Assembly (NCBI GenBank): GCA_048772705.1
Contig: JBLWGC010000173.1
Span: forward strand, 124,001 to 188,000
Length of the DNA stretch: 64,000 bases
Direction of reading: 5' to 3'
DNA from: Leidyana gryllorum EB-2025a
Lineage: Eukaryota; Protista; Apicomplexa
The notes under the pieces were generated by a model. The model was not told the origin of the DNA and did no database searches. It worked only from the letters and a program-made list of their open reading frames with translations. A program made the position numbers and the translations under genes. The stretch's first letter is position 1; the number at the start of each line of letters is the position of its first letter. This document shows, in pieces, positions 11,443-23,385 of the stretch.

Positions 11443-14400
11443 ATGGAGGACGAGTTGGGGCCATGGCGCCCACGCCTGGAGAAGTACCGTGACCAATTGG
11501 ACCAGATAGACTTCACTGAAGTCGCAGCTCAAGTCGGCGTCAAAGTCAGCCAAGAATGGCAAATGAAGTCGTTCACATCCATATTGTCTACACTTCAATC
11601 CGGTAAGCACGACACCACACACGTGTGAGCCTGCTAATCCGCGCGTCTGATGAACGCTCGTTAACCTGCCTACACCTTCGTTTATCTAACAAGGGACCCC
11701 CCACACCATGACGACCCTGCCAGTGTCTTATTCATCGCTTTGTCCTGCAGAGGAGGAAAAGGCCAGCCCGCTCGTGGCCGCTGAGCTTCCTGTCGAGAAA
11801 GTGTTCGCTGACCACGACGAGATTCCACCACCTCCGGAAGGCCCTCTGGACCCTGTTGCGTTGGAAAAGGCAGCCACATATCTCAGAGGTACTGGAGTTC
11901 AGCTGGGGGAGGCTTTGACGGGTATTCGTTCTGGGGATGGTCTATTGCTCACGGCTGCTGATCCGGCCGTGGCCTTTGCGCCTGTAGGTTTGTGTCATCC
12001 GCACCTTCCACCCGACACAACGACGGCAGAACCGGAAGCTCTGCGACCCGAATACTTAGCAGTGCTCCGTTCAGCCGCCCGTGATTTACGGGAGCCTCCG
12101 GCCTCACTGGTACGAGGCATCACCTTTGACCCTACCGGACCGGCGTGGCGGAACGGGCGGCGCAGCTTCTTCTGTGCAGACCTAACTCTGTTCACATTGG
12201 CTGAGACGCACACACGTGCCGCAGCTGATAGTGTGTGGTGGTCAATGACCCCCCTCCACACACTCAGTGCCCAAATATATACTCCCCAAGAAAACAAAGC
12301 CGACTCCACCATGCATGCACCAATGAAAGGTCCCCTAGAGCGCCTTCTTGCTGCTGCAAGACGACCACGGTTAGAATCACGTCCCTACGCGCACGCCGTA
12401 GTCTTCGCCGACCTACCTGATGTTCTTCTCACATCGGCTGGTCTCTCACGAGTAGGCCGGCCGCGAACTTTGTTGCGTCTGCGCAGCCTGCGCTATCGCG
12501 ATGGGGACCTGGAGTTGAGTCTCAAAAAGGGTCGCTTCCTCTCGAACTCTGACACCTTCACACCTCCGGTCCAAGCGGAACCTTCCTTCCCCTGGCTGCT
12601 GCAACCCCAAGAACGTTCACAGATGCAACTCTTCACGGATTTACTGGTTGCGGACGAGGAGGACGCCGGGTTGCTCAACGGACCCCCCACCAAGCTACAA
12701 CGCCTGGATAATGAATCCTCACGCCGTCCCAGAGCTTCTCGGAGACGAGCCGATAAACCCATTGAAAAGCCTCCAGACCCTCCGGCAACAGACTCCAGGG
12801 CTCGTTCCGGAGCCAAAAGACCATCACGACGACGAAGACCCTCCAATGGGTCTAATCCGAGCACGACACCGTGTGTACGGGATGAGAGAGAGTTTCCTCT
12901 CAACCCCGTATGGGACGCAATACATTCCTGTTGGATTGTCGGTTGGGTTGTGAATGACCAACTCCACCACAAACACTTCTTCTGTGAGGTAAGCATACGA
13001 TCAGCTGCTCAGTGCGCACGACCCGACCTGGATGCCGACATGCAACCAACATCTTGTTCCGCCATCAAACGCGCACACGACACCACTCACTAGTACACCA
13101 TCAACGCATATGCAACCATCGAGCCCTCAGTAGGGTCCATCAGAGTCGTTGACAGTGTGTAATAGGTGGGTTACGGGTTTGGCGGCCAGGCGAAGCAGAG
13201 TTGACGGTGACGACAGGTTTGGGGGCGGTGTGTGTCCAACTACTAGGCATCATGTAACTAATGTTGGTTTGCAGAGTACCGATACCACTGATCAAAGTCG
13301 GAAGAAGGCAGAGGCAGATTTGTTCTGCAGGGTGATGGAAGCCGCTGCTAGTCAATATCGGCGAATGACCGCCCGAGCATACGTACGACAAGTTGAAGGG
13401 CGGCCCACACCGTCGTCACCAACGTACACTCAAGCAACGGCTCCACAACCCTCACCGGCTTCAGTGGCCACGCGAGCGTCTACCACACATGAAGAAGAAT
13501 TATTAGTACCTCCAGTGTCCAGTCACTTGGATCCCGAGCTGGTGAAGGCTCTCGAAGATACCTTGGGAGCTTCACAGACCAGCGGTCCAGTTTTGGCCAA
13601 CGCTTCTGGGAGAGCGGGCAGCAGCAGCACCAAGGATGGTACGCTGGCTGCTGCTGCTGCCACGAAGACGTTCCGTTGTTGCACCTTCCCTACCCTGATG
13701 GAAGCAGTGCAGTACGTTGATGATTTGGAGAAATTGGAGTTGTTGTTGACTGGGCAACGCACCGTATGGCAACATTTCATTGGTTTTGACCTGTCCGCAG
13801 GGCAAGAATTGCCTTTGTTCGCTCAGAAGCCATGGGACCAACGAGTGGCAACCCGATCTGAAGCCTTGACGGAAGGACGGCGGGACGCCAAGGCTTTCAA
13901 CTACGCCGAAAGGGTTGGATTGGTTGCCGAACTCTGTGAGCTGCTTGTCTCCCCCGTTCCACCCCCGGACAAGGACCGGCTGCTCACTACAGTCAGTGCC
14001 GAGAGTCCAGAGGTCTTCGTGAGTCCATCGGCCGATCGGGGCGGGAGCAGCCGGGGAGCTGGCAGCACTACAGCAGCAACCACATCTGGACCGACTGCAC
14101 CGAAGAATGGGAGCGGAAATAAAAGCGGCGGAGGCGGAGGAGGGAACAGTCGGAAACGAAGAGCGCCTGCACCTCCGGCGAAAGATAGTGTGGCTGCAGC
14201 GGCGTTGAAACGGCAAACGGACGCTGCCAATACACCGACAGGGACATCGAATAGTCAACAGATCATACAGAATGTGCTGTCGAATGCGGCTGCCAATGCA
14301 GCCCCTCCGAGTCATCACTCTCCGTTGGATCGTCCACGAGTAGCAGCATTCGCGAGGGCAGCAGAAGGAGCAACAAGAGCCCGCAGACAAAGGCCAGCTG

Positions 14401-14960
14401 TCTTTTCACCTGTATGATGATGTAAATAGTCTTTTGCCCAGGAAATATCTACGGGCAGCCCCGGATCCCGTTGGTTGGTTGGCTCAATGATGGCGGAGCC
14501 GGTGGCGACGACCAGTGAGAACGACCTTTCTGCCCTCTGGGAGTTTCACCAACAACGGAATGATATCATTAATCTACTACTACGTACCTACCCACATGAG
14601 CCCACTGACTCTGATTCGACCGATCCTCCCAGATACGTGGTTCCAGCAAAGGTCCGTTAGCGGGCAGTGACCCTTCCTTGGCGGTTGTGTGACTCACTGT
14701 CTGTCTGTATTTAGGCTTTCTGGGAAACCACCACGCGGATTGTGACTGAACTGGGCTCTACAATCCCGCCGTCTCTAGTGAAGGTGGGCTTTTGGTTGGA
14801 ACCGGGGACGACGAGGGTGTAGGTGGCCAATGAACACTTGTGTACTGTGGGGAACACTCCTTCGATTGACGTTTATGGTTTGTGTCAATCAATACAAGGG
14901 ATCCTGGATAAGCTGGTGGAAGTCCGGCTTCCTTCGCTCAAAGTGAAATCAAGGTATTGA
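11443..14960 (+). CDS. Probable ApiAP2-family DNA-binding protein, multi-exon
   Basis: Splicing intron 12989-13274 gives NPVWDAIHSCWIVGWVVNDQLHHKHFFCE|STDTTDQSRKKAEADLFCRVM, an AP2-like three-strand-plus-helix pattern. Flanks are low-complexity with basic NLS-like tracts (KRPSRRRR, SRKRR). The 3' end is inferred from splice sites. Confidence 0.55.
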
Positions 14961-15086
14961 CCCCCTATCAACAGATTGTCGTTATATTGGTTAAAATAAA
15001 TCTTGGCAGCCCGAAAGTTGACAAGAGGACTCGTGTAAAGTCCGCCCACTCACTGCCATATAAGAGGAGTGAGTCGCTGTTTAGCG

Positions 15087-16543
15087 ATGCTCTGTCATCC
15101 CCCCACCCCACGTGTACGAAGGCATCCGGCTCGGCCACCAATGCTTCTGCCTGATGCAGCTGCCCCGCAATTGTCAGCTGAATATGACCCAACCACTAAA
15201 GTGGCGATGACATTGTTGGATCGAACGATGCAGGTCAGTGCGCGATCGGCGGGCAGGTTTTGGCACCTTCATCGCAGCTGAGGCGTAATTTGGTCAAACG
15301 TGAAGCCTTCGACGCCCTGCGAGCCTACATGTGGTGGGGCCGGGATGTCGAATGGGAGGAAGAGCTCAGAAATCGCCAGAGCGATTGGCTGGAGAAGGCC
15401 AAAGCAAGAGTGAGCCGTTCTCGATCGTACAAGAGCGAAGACTATTGTGACGGTTGATCTTTTCTGTTTCATAGGAGGCGACCCTGGTATACGAATTGGC
15501 ACAGCAGGAAGTGGAGTTAAATGCGGCACGGGACGCTATATCTCATTTAGTCTCCAAAGGAGAAGCAGAGGGGCCCCCATTAACGCCGCGGATAGTCGAA
15601 ACCTCCCAACAAATGTCTCTTCCTTTCTCCAATTGGAAAGCTTTACAGAACGTGAGAGAAGACATTCAATCAAGACGGACTTCTCTAATGTGTGTATATG
15701 TGTGCCTTGCAGAGCCGGGAGGATAATAAGAGTCGCCAATGTATTGTGCGTGCTTGTCAGCAGGCTATGGCCTTGCAGCGATTGGCGATGATTGTCGAGT
15801 TCTATGGGTGGAAACCGAAGAGTCGGCAACTGGCGCGCCGTGGTTTGCATCAGTGGATGAGAAATGTGCAGTCGCCGTCCACGGGCACCACTCAGACGAC
15901 AAAGACGGTGGTGAAAGACCCGCAAACAATATCAATGCAACATGCAGCGATCAGAATGCTGGGACGCGTGGTTCGAAGACTTGAGGTCGACACCATGGCC
16001 ACTGGTTTTGCAGCCATTGCTTCTGCTCAGAAATTAAGCGCCCGCCGACGTCGACAATCGCGGCCCGAGCGAATATCAGTCTGCAGCCGAGTCACAGATT
16101 CCGTCCCGTTGAAGCGTATTCTACACGTGGATGATCCCCGTTCCACCACAGCAAGACCCATGACCCCTCCAATGCTGGCCACCAGCCGAATATATCGGCG
16201 AGCGCCAGATCACCCTGCCGTCGCTCGGTCATTGTCCCCTCCAATACATGTGACAATGCCTGAAGCGCCGTTCCGACTCTCATCAGATGGTAGACGATAT
16301 GACCCAATGTGGTCGGCTCGTCAGACTCCTTGGGGAAATAGTGCGGGCGCCATACCGGTCCACTTGCGGACTGGCACGCCCCCAGCACCATTGACTACGC
16401 GTCGAGTTATTTTGCCAGCTCAACAGTTCCTACCCCCTCTACGAATGCCAGCAGTAACGTTACCCCCCACTACATGGCGCTGGCCAACGTCTGCTCGTGA
16501 AAGTTCGCCTCCACCCAAGTTGCTCGAACGTCGTAGACTTTAA
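15087..16543 (+). CDS. Hypothetical protein, multi-exon, Pro/Arg-rich C-terminus
   Basis: Linked plus-strand ORFs 15069-15281, 15260-15457, 15496-15726 and 15692-16543, with GT-AG junctions. Confidence 0.55.
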
Positions 16544-16728
16544 CTCTATCTGTTTTTGGCCCGAAATCGACCGAATTGTCCTGCTGCGAATCTTCAGTCG
16601 TGCCTGCCGCTATCGCCATTGAAGTGTGTTAGCGCAGCTCGCCGGCACGCTGAGGTGCTAACTAACGTTGATAAGCTCTCTTGGGGGCCTGGCTAACTAG
16701 GGAGGGGCAATTACAACCTTCTCTATCA

Positions 16729-17406
16729 TCACCGCCCTTGGTTCGCCTTGGCCAGTCGCATGAATTCCACGAAGCACATTCGGTCCTCTTGTGTCTCCAG
16801 ACAAATGGGTATACAGGTGTTGCTCACCAGTTGGAGCGCCACGCACCTGATGGGCGGTCGTTTTGAGTCACAGCTTGAACACATCAACTCACTTGACATC
16901 ATCAACAATATTGGCGCGAGTTCCAACTCGACCCAACTCCTTACGCCCATGTATCACCGTTACCAATTCGTCCAGTGCGATTCGCCGAATGTGTGTCTGA
17001 GTCACCACACGAGTCAAGTGGCCGTTCAAGTGTGTTTCTTACATGGGAATTGAGCTCGCACGTCATTTGCAGCGTCTGGTCACCAGCTAACCATTTCAGC
17101 TTGCATGGTATTCTTTTTCCGTCCTGAGCAGATGTGTGTCCACACGGTCACCTGACAAGTCCACCTACCGCTAGTACCACAATCATGTCGATAGACTTCT
17201 CCAGCTTCTCACGGAACGGTCCAATGTCCGGCCGCTGGGCCACACTCTGACCGCAAAGGCCGATAGAGGGCACGTAGTATTGGGTGTAAGCTTACCGCTG
17301 GCTCGCTGGGTGAAGGCGCCTGGGCTGGTGAATCATCTGCTCTCTGAACTGTTTCCTTCGTTTCATTGGCGGGTTTGACAGAGCAGCAGGAGATCGTGGT
17401 TCCCAT
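16729..17406 (-). CDS. ISP: IMC sub-compartment protein (ISP family, PH-like fold), multi-exon
   Basis: MGTTISCC N-terminus (myristoylation Gly2 plus palmitoylation CC). Spliced core IVVLA|DGKRIPCKL...IRRIALDELVTVIHGRKELGRVGTRANIVDD...CVALQLVSNTCIPICLETQEDRMCFVEFM matches the apicomplexan ISP1/2 pattern. Confidence 0.85.
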
Positions 17407-17451
17407 CTTGACCTCGTTTGTTTTTTTCCTTGACAACCTTGAGGTGCTTAC

Positions 17452-20319
17452 ATGTACTCACTCTTGCTGTCATATGTATTCTGTGCTGGTGGCAGAGGCG
17501 TTGCAGCCGCAAGAACACAGGCTCACCTTCCTCTGGCACATGGCCTGCCTGTAGCGCCCAATTCTCCACAGAGCGCTGTCTTCAAAGGGGATGCGCCGGT
17601 GGTGTATGCCTTCCCTGTTGACCTGGGGGGCTCACGTCAGGAAGTGATTTCTGCGGCTACCCATCACTCTAACGCCTACCCTCAGCCCTTCCGGGAGTGG
17701 GATGTGAATCACATCCAGGGGCCCAGTGTTTTGGACTGTCCAGACGGCTTCGTCCTCACCTCGGACAACACTTGTGTGTTCGTGGAGTTCCGTAAACCCG
17801 AGGAAAGCTGTCCGTATGGCAGTTTCCGTGAGAAGGGCGGCACTGCCTGCGTTCAAGTCGATTCTGTACCGCCAGACCGCACCTGTCCAGCTGGCTTTGA
17901 GTACTTTATGCGTGGTTGCATCCGTCGTACCCAGATCCCCCCCATGTTGACCTGTCCAACAGGCTATCAGCAGCTGGATAATATGTGTTACAGCGTCTCT
18001 ACAGTCCCTCCACATCGTCGCTGCCCCGGTACCTCCTTATTGGTAGAAGATGGAGGCCAGATTCCGGTATGCCGAAAAGAAATCTTGGCTCCGGTATCCT
18101 ATCGCTGCCCCGAACAATTCATGATCGAAACGAACCCATTGACAGCAACTTCCACGAGTTATGTAACCCATCTGGATGCCACGACGCTTGCCGACGGCAG
18201 ACCAAAATGCGTCGCCGAGGCCGAAGTGGAACTACAACATGTCTGTGCTACTGGATTCAATCTCATGTCGGCGGAAGACTATGTGGGGGTCCCAGACTCT
18301 GATGCTCTGCAGTTGAGTCGCCTGGGAACCCGAGGGCTCTTCTGTGCCAAAGCAGCCGAGTATGAGGGTGTCTTGACTTGCCCCCCCGGCCACGAACTCG
18401 TATGGACAGCTACTGACGAGCTGGCAGCCGCCACAGATCCCTACCGAGGAGCCCGGTGCCGACCCACGCTGGCATTCCGAACTATGAAATTGCCGCCTCT
18501 TCGACTGGAGACAGCCCCATCAAATCGCATCAGTGAAGCCACTGCAAATGAGCTTCGGGTACTCAAAGATGGTGGAGTGTGGACGGTTTTCAGTGAAGGC
18601 GAGCCAACTGGTCGTGCCCGGGTGAACGACACGCCAGTCGCCGTGCCGCTAACTCTCTCTGTATCGACCCCGAGCCTCCGTTCCGCTCGCTCTCATGACA
18701 CAGCCACTGTTCGACGAACTTCGGTCCCACAAAGAATCCTCTCTGCCCGTAAACTGGAGGATGGATTCGCCCCCTCCATCAACTTTGCTCGACCCAGTTG
18801 CCGGATCGCTGACGTTCAAACTCTCACATGGAAAGAGGTACCGCTCTTCCCATCGCCTTACGCTCCGCCATCGCCATTCGCGGACTCTCCATTCAACAAC
18901 GTCATGTCGGAGCTCCAGAAAGCTACAGATCAATTCGTTATCAGCATTCAAGGTCCAAAGCAGTATCGACCGGTGTGCCGCGAAGTCCAAGACATGATGC
19001 CGGACTATGTCTGTCCTGTGGGTTCCGTTTTCAGCTGTGAACCAGGCGCTGCTGAACTTGTTGTTGAGAACGCTGAAGCCAGCCAAGAGGAGGATGCACC
19101 GGAGGAGGACGGCTCAGCTCCGTCGGTGGATGAAAACACTAAGGAGGCCGGGGATCAGGACGACGAGGCGGATGAAGACGAGATCGAGGTGAAGGTCAAA
19201 GTCAAGACATCTGCACCCAGCAAGAAGAAATCGTCGAGTTCGTCTCGTGCACCCAAGAGGGCTTTGAGTCGGGCGTCTAAGATGGCCAGTAAGGGCCATA
19301 TTGTTCAGACTCCGGCCTCGCCGCCCGTTGCCATCCCGGTGGCCCCACAGCAGCCACCTCAAGCCTTCTTCCCGGCACCTGCCTCACCCTTCGGAGATAT
19401 GCGCACTCTCACACCTTCGCTGGGATCTGCCGACATTAAAGCTTGCTTTGAAAAGCCTGACTACCATCCCACTTGCTCCCGCTCCAAACGTATCGTCGAA
19501 GCAGAGGCTTACTGTGACAGTCCTGACCAACAACTTGCTGTACACTTAGTGGAACAAGGTGACTCAGTGACCAAAGTTGCTGCTTGCAAGCAAGTGGTTG
19601 ATGAGGAACCATACCTCGAATGTCCCTTCGGAGTGGGCAATGTTGCTGACCACAATGGGCGATGTGACGTCCTGCTAGCAGCCCCCCTATCGGCGGTCTG
19701 TCCCGAGGGATATACAAAGGGAAGTCACGAGAAGTCGGCCGTGTCATCTTTACTGGGGGACCCAAAGAAACTATTCAGCAAGAAGAGTCCCTTCCCAGGA
19801 ATGCCTGAAGTCGATACCGGCGGCATCTGTGAGCTCATCGAGTATGCCGACTATCAGATCACTTGCCCGCATGGATATCGTCGTGAGAGGGCCAAGAACA
19901 CAGCGATGGCTTGCGTAGCTGAAAAGCTGCTTCCACCCAGCATTCTGTGCCCGCCGGTAAGATGTCGCTGCTGCAAACGTGTGTGCTAAATGGATTGCGC
20001 TTCGTAGGGATATATGCCGGTAGACGGCTTGGGTCCGGATGAAATGCGACTGGACAACCAGAAGGCCTGTATGAAACAGGTGGTGGTCGCCCCAACTGTG
20101 ATATCCTTCCCAGATGAAAGGGCACCACCCAGCAACGCCGTTACAGGAGGAGGGTCTGCCACGGCCTGCGTGTTGACGAAGGATAAGCGTCTGAGTTGTG
20201 GCGTGGAGCGCAAGTATCATGGAATGATTGACTACGACAAGCAGCGGGCTTTCGGTGACTCCTTCAAAGCCAAGATGGACAAGAAGACCCGCCAGCATAC
20301 GGACAAGCACAGTAATTAA
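17452..20319 (+). CDS. Secreted cysteine-repeat oocyst wall protein-like (COWP/OWP family)
   Basis: Hydrophobic N-terminus and more than a dozen CPxG(F/Y)-type Cys repeats (CPDGFV, CPYGSF, CPAGFE, CPTGYQ, CPPGHE, CPEGYT, CPHGYR). Intron at about 19957-20008. Confidence 0.8.
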
Positions 20320-20485
20320 TGATTGTTCCTACTAGCTAGTTAGAAAGAACTTGTACCCATCGTTCCCAAATCAAGAACCACATTGTTTTTTGATTAATCA
20401 GAAAAGAGTATCAATCACGAAATCTCTTTGGTACGAACAGCAAAGGACGTCAGTAGCAATAATTATTTAATACTCGCAGATCACA

Positions 20486-22225
20486 ATGGATCCCAGCCAA
20501 ATTCTGTGCGACTATTGTGATGCCCTGCGCGAGCGGCGTGAGACTCCTATGACCCGCTGTGCGCATTTATCTGTCACCTCCACCACCTCTGGAGCTCCAT
20601 CTGTCACGGGATGGGATATACAGCCTGCTAGCGGACACGAGCTGAGAGACTTCTTGCGGGCCTCCCGCCCCCTACATAAATCTCGCACTGAGACTCAACT
20701 GCAATTCGAATCTCTGCCAGAGGAGTACGGAGATGACGCAAACTTGGATTACGTTGCGGAAGACGAACTTGGGGAGGACGAGGAGTACGATTATCAGCTG
20801 GAGGAGCGGGAGCTCGATGCGCATGATTTTGGTGAAGAGGCTCCTGAGTGGGAAGGTGCTGATAACGATGCTGAGGAGGACGAGGGAGAGGAGGACGAGG
20901 AGCACATCTCTGAAGCCTCCACTTCATTTCCTTCGGAGGAAGAACCCCGACATCAGGACATCCCGGGTACAGGTATTTTGACAGACGGAGCTTTGGACGC
21001 AGAGTACGACTACGAGCGTGTCGACTCTTACGTTCAGCTGATGAAAGAGGTCAGAGACCGAAGAGTGTCCACGTCCTCCGATCATACTGAGGAGAAGAAG
21101 CCCCAGTTAGCACGTCAGCCAGTACAGCACTCTCGATCGATTTGGGGTTGCTCGAGCTGCTTGGATGAGACTTGTGCTGAGATTCGGCTCGATACAGAGG
21201 GAGGGGATATGACAATCCGTCGTAGCAATGCCCTCGATCAGAGACGTTTGGCGGCTCTGATGCGAGAAGTAGAAGCCGAGGAGGGTATCAATCTGGCCAC
21301 CATGAATGACATTCGTCGCAGCAATGCTCTTGACCAAGGGGGTATCAACGCATTGTTGCAGGACGGGGCTGAAAGGGAATCAAGTATCACCTACGAAGCG
21401 GCTGCACCTGTGACCCGCAGCAATGCTCGCACTCAACGAGAGATTGTTTCTCTTTTGGACACCATTGGACCCGAGGGAGCTCGTCCAGTCCGTCCAGTCC
21501 ATCGTAGCAACGCTATTCAACAGAGGGAGATTGTTTCATTGCTCGAGGAATCTAGCACGGCTCATGCGAGCACAAAAGCAGTGGACTCGCGTGAAGCAGG
21601 AGACGACGACGCAACTCACGTCGATGCTGCCGAAAGCGCAACATACCGAATCTTAGTGAACGACAGAGACCAGGGATTCGGCTCAGTTCCCATGAACAGA
21701 CGACCGTACCGTAGCAACGCACTGACACAGCAGCAGATTGCCACCATTTTGGGCGAAATGAACGAAAGTCCGAACATGGGACGTCTGGACCGCAGCAATG
21801 CGTTGACGCAGGACGAAATCGCAGCAATTTTAGGGAGAATGGGGAACAATGAGGCGTACAGTCGCTCTCGTGATGTCGAGAAGAGGTCGGGTCGACTGCA
21901 GGTCGGGACAGTTCCGGAACGCAGGGCAGAATATCCGTCAACAAGGGATGTCTTCGGTGGGAACAGAGATGAAGAAGATGCTCTTCGTCGTTGGGAGGCC
22001 GTGGAAGCAATTGATTTGTTGGCCTCGAACCACAGCACTGACGATCAATGTGCTCTCACGGAAGTCGGAGATATGCAACAAGCCGACCAAAATCCGTACC
22101 CCTTGTACCGACAAAATGCAATGAAAGAGTCGGAACTGGAGGAGTTCGTTCGTGAATGGAGCCGAGTGGACGAGTCTAAGCCTCATATCCATTATCACAA
22201 GATCACCTCGAAATATGTCGCATAG
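20486..22225 (+). CDS. Hypothetical acidic intronless protein (579 aa) with 7 RxNA repeats
   Basis: Long ATG-initiated ORF with a very acidic N-terminal half. Carries repeated (R/H/D/Y)RSNA(L/I/R)xQxxI and LYRQNAM motifs. Confidence 0.8.
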   Translation: MDPSQILCDYCDALRERRETPMTRCAHLSVTSTTSGAPSVTGWDIQPASGHELRDFLRASRPLHKSRTETQLQFESLPEEYGDDANLDYVAEDELGEDEEYDYQLEERELDAHDFGEEAPEWEGADNDAEEDEGEEDEEHISEASTSFPSEEEPRHQDIPGTGILTDGALDAEYDYERVDSYVQLMKEVRDRRVSTSSDHTEEKKPQLARQPVQHSRSIWGCSSCLDETCAEIRLDTEGGDMTIRRSNALDQRRLAALMREVEAEEGINLATMNDIRRSNALDQGGINALLQDGAERESSITYEAAAPVTRSNARTQREIVSLLDTIGPEGARPVRPVHRSNAIQQREIVSLLEESSTAHASTKAVDSREAGDDDATHVDAAESATYRILVNDRDQGFGSVPMNRRPYRSNALTQQQIATILGEMNESPNMGRLDRSNALTQDEIAAILGRMGNNEAYSRSRDVEKRSGRLQVGTVPERRAEYPSTRDVFGGNRDEEDALRRWEAVEAIDLLASNHSTDDQCALTEVGDMQQADQNPYPLYRQNAMKESELEEFVREWSRVDESKPHIHYHKITSKYVA

Positions 22226-22450
22226 GATTTAGTGACAGCGAGTAGAATGGAAGGCGCACACGTGTGTGCGCTTATTTATAGACTATAACGTATGCTTGCC
22301 TTCGAGAACATATGATATAAACATCCTAGAATCGTGTAATATGATTATCGCGAGCTGAATCTGCCCACATTGGGCTTGAGACTTCAGATCGATTCTGCAG
22401 ATGAGTGATCGCTTGGCAATTGCTGATGAAGAAGTAGCAACAAAAATATT

Positions 22451-23194
22451 ATGCCCGCTTCCGACCAAGTATTCACTTCGAGCTCTCACATGACCATCAG
22501 ACGAATCAACCCGGAGCATGAGGTCATCTACATGACAGACGACTGGGAAAGATGGGGCAAAAGAGTTTCTCTCAGCGGCGACCTTGAGGAGCTGGAGAAG
22601 GAGTTTGCAGCAACCCCAAGCCGTGTATCGTCTTCGAAGCCAGCAGACGTGGTTCCCCAGAAACGCGTTGAAGCCGCTAGCAGTTTCTCGTGGGTACGGG
22701 AATGTCTCAGTTGTCTCGAGGACCCGGTTTTGGAGTTAAATATGGAACCAGTTGTTGAAAATATCGAAATAGAAGAGGAAGTCAATGGGGGTCACAGAAC
22801 CTCTATGGTTTCCGAGACTGTCGATAATCGTCACGAGTGGGAGGATGTCAGCGCTCTCGATACATCTTTGAGCAGGGACGAAAGTCATGAAGATGCTCAC
22901 GGGGAGGCCACGACAGCAGCAACGATGGAGACGGATGTATTCGGTCACCGGACGCCATCATTCGGGTGGACCTCTGATGAAAGACAATATGAACCCTATA
23001 CTTTGTACAGACAGAACGCAATGCGCGAAGACGAAATCGAGGAGTGGCTCGGAACGCAAGGAGAATTGATCGACTCGGACGCCGAAGTCGACTTTGTGGC
23101 TAGTGATAGAATCATCGCAGATGCGGAAGGCGTGTTCTACTCGCGCAATCGGTACCGCCACTGTGGGCTATGGGCCCGCGAAGATGTGGAGTGA
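22451..23194 (+). CDS. Hypothetical acidic protein (247 aa), apparent paralogue of the upstream gene
   Basis: Shares W..CxSCL(D/E), DVFG and PY(P/T)LYRQNAM(K/R)ExE(L/I)EE motifs with 20486-22225. Confidence 0.7.
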   Translation: MPASDQVFTSSSHMTIRRINPEHEVIYMTDDWERWGKRVSLSGDLEELEKEFAATPSRVSSSKPADVVPQKRVEAASSFSWVRECLSCLEDPVLELNMEPVVENIEIEEEVNGGHRTSMVSETVDNRHEWEDVSALDTSLSRDESHEDAHGEATTAATMETDVFGHRTPSFGWTSDERQYEPYTLYRQNAMREDEIEEWLGTQGELIDSDAEVDFVASDRIIADAEGVFYSRNRYRHCGLWAREDVE

Positions 23195-23385
23195 CCGAAG
23201 GTTGTCACTCCCGGGCAGGTCTGCCCGCCATAGATAGCTCAGTAGCCTTCAGTTCTATTTGTTTGTGATACATTGGTCAACCAACTTCATTCAATGCATC
23301 TTGAGTATCACTACAGTCAGAAGAACGTCCAATCGTCACGTATGGTGCCGTAGAACTCTACCCAGGCTATACTCGCAGTACTCAG

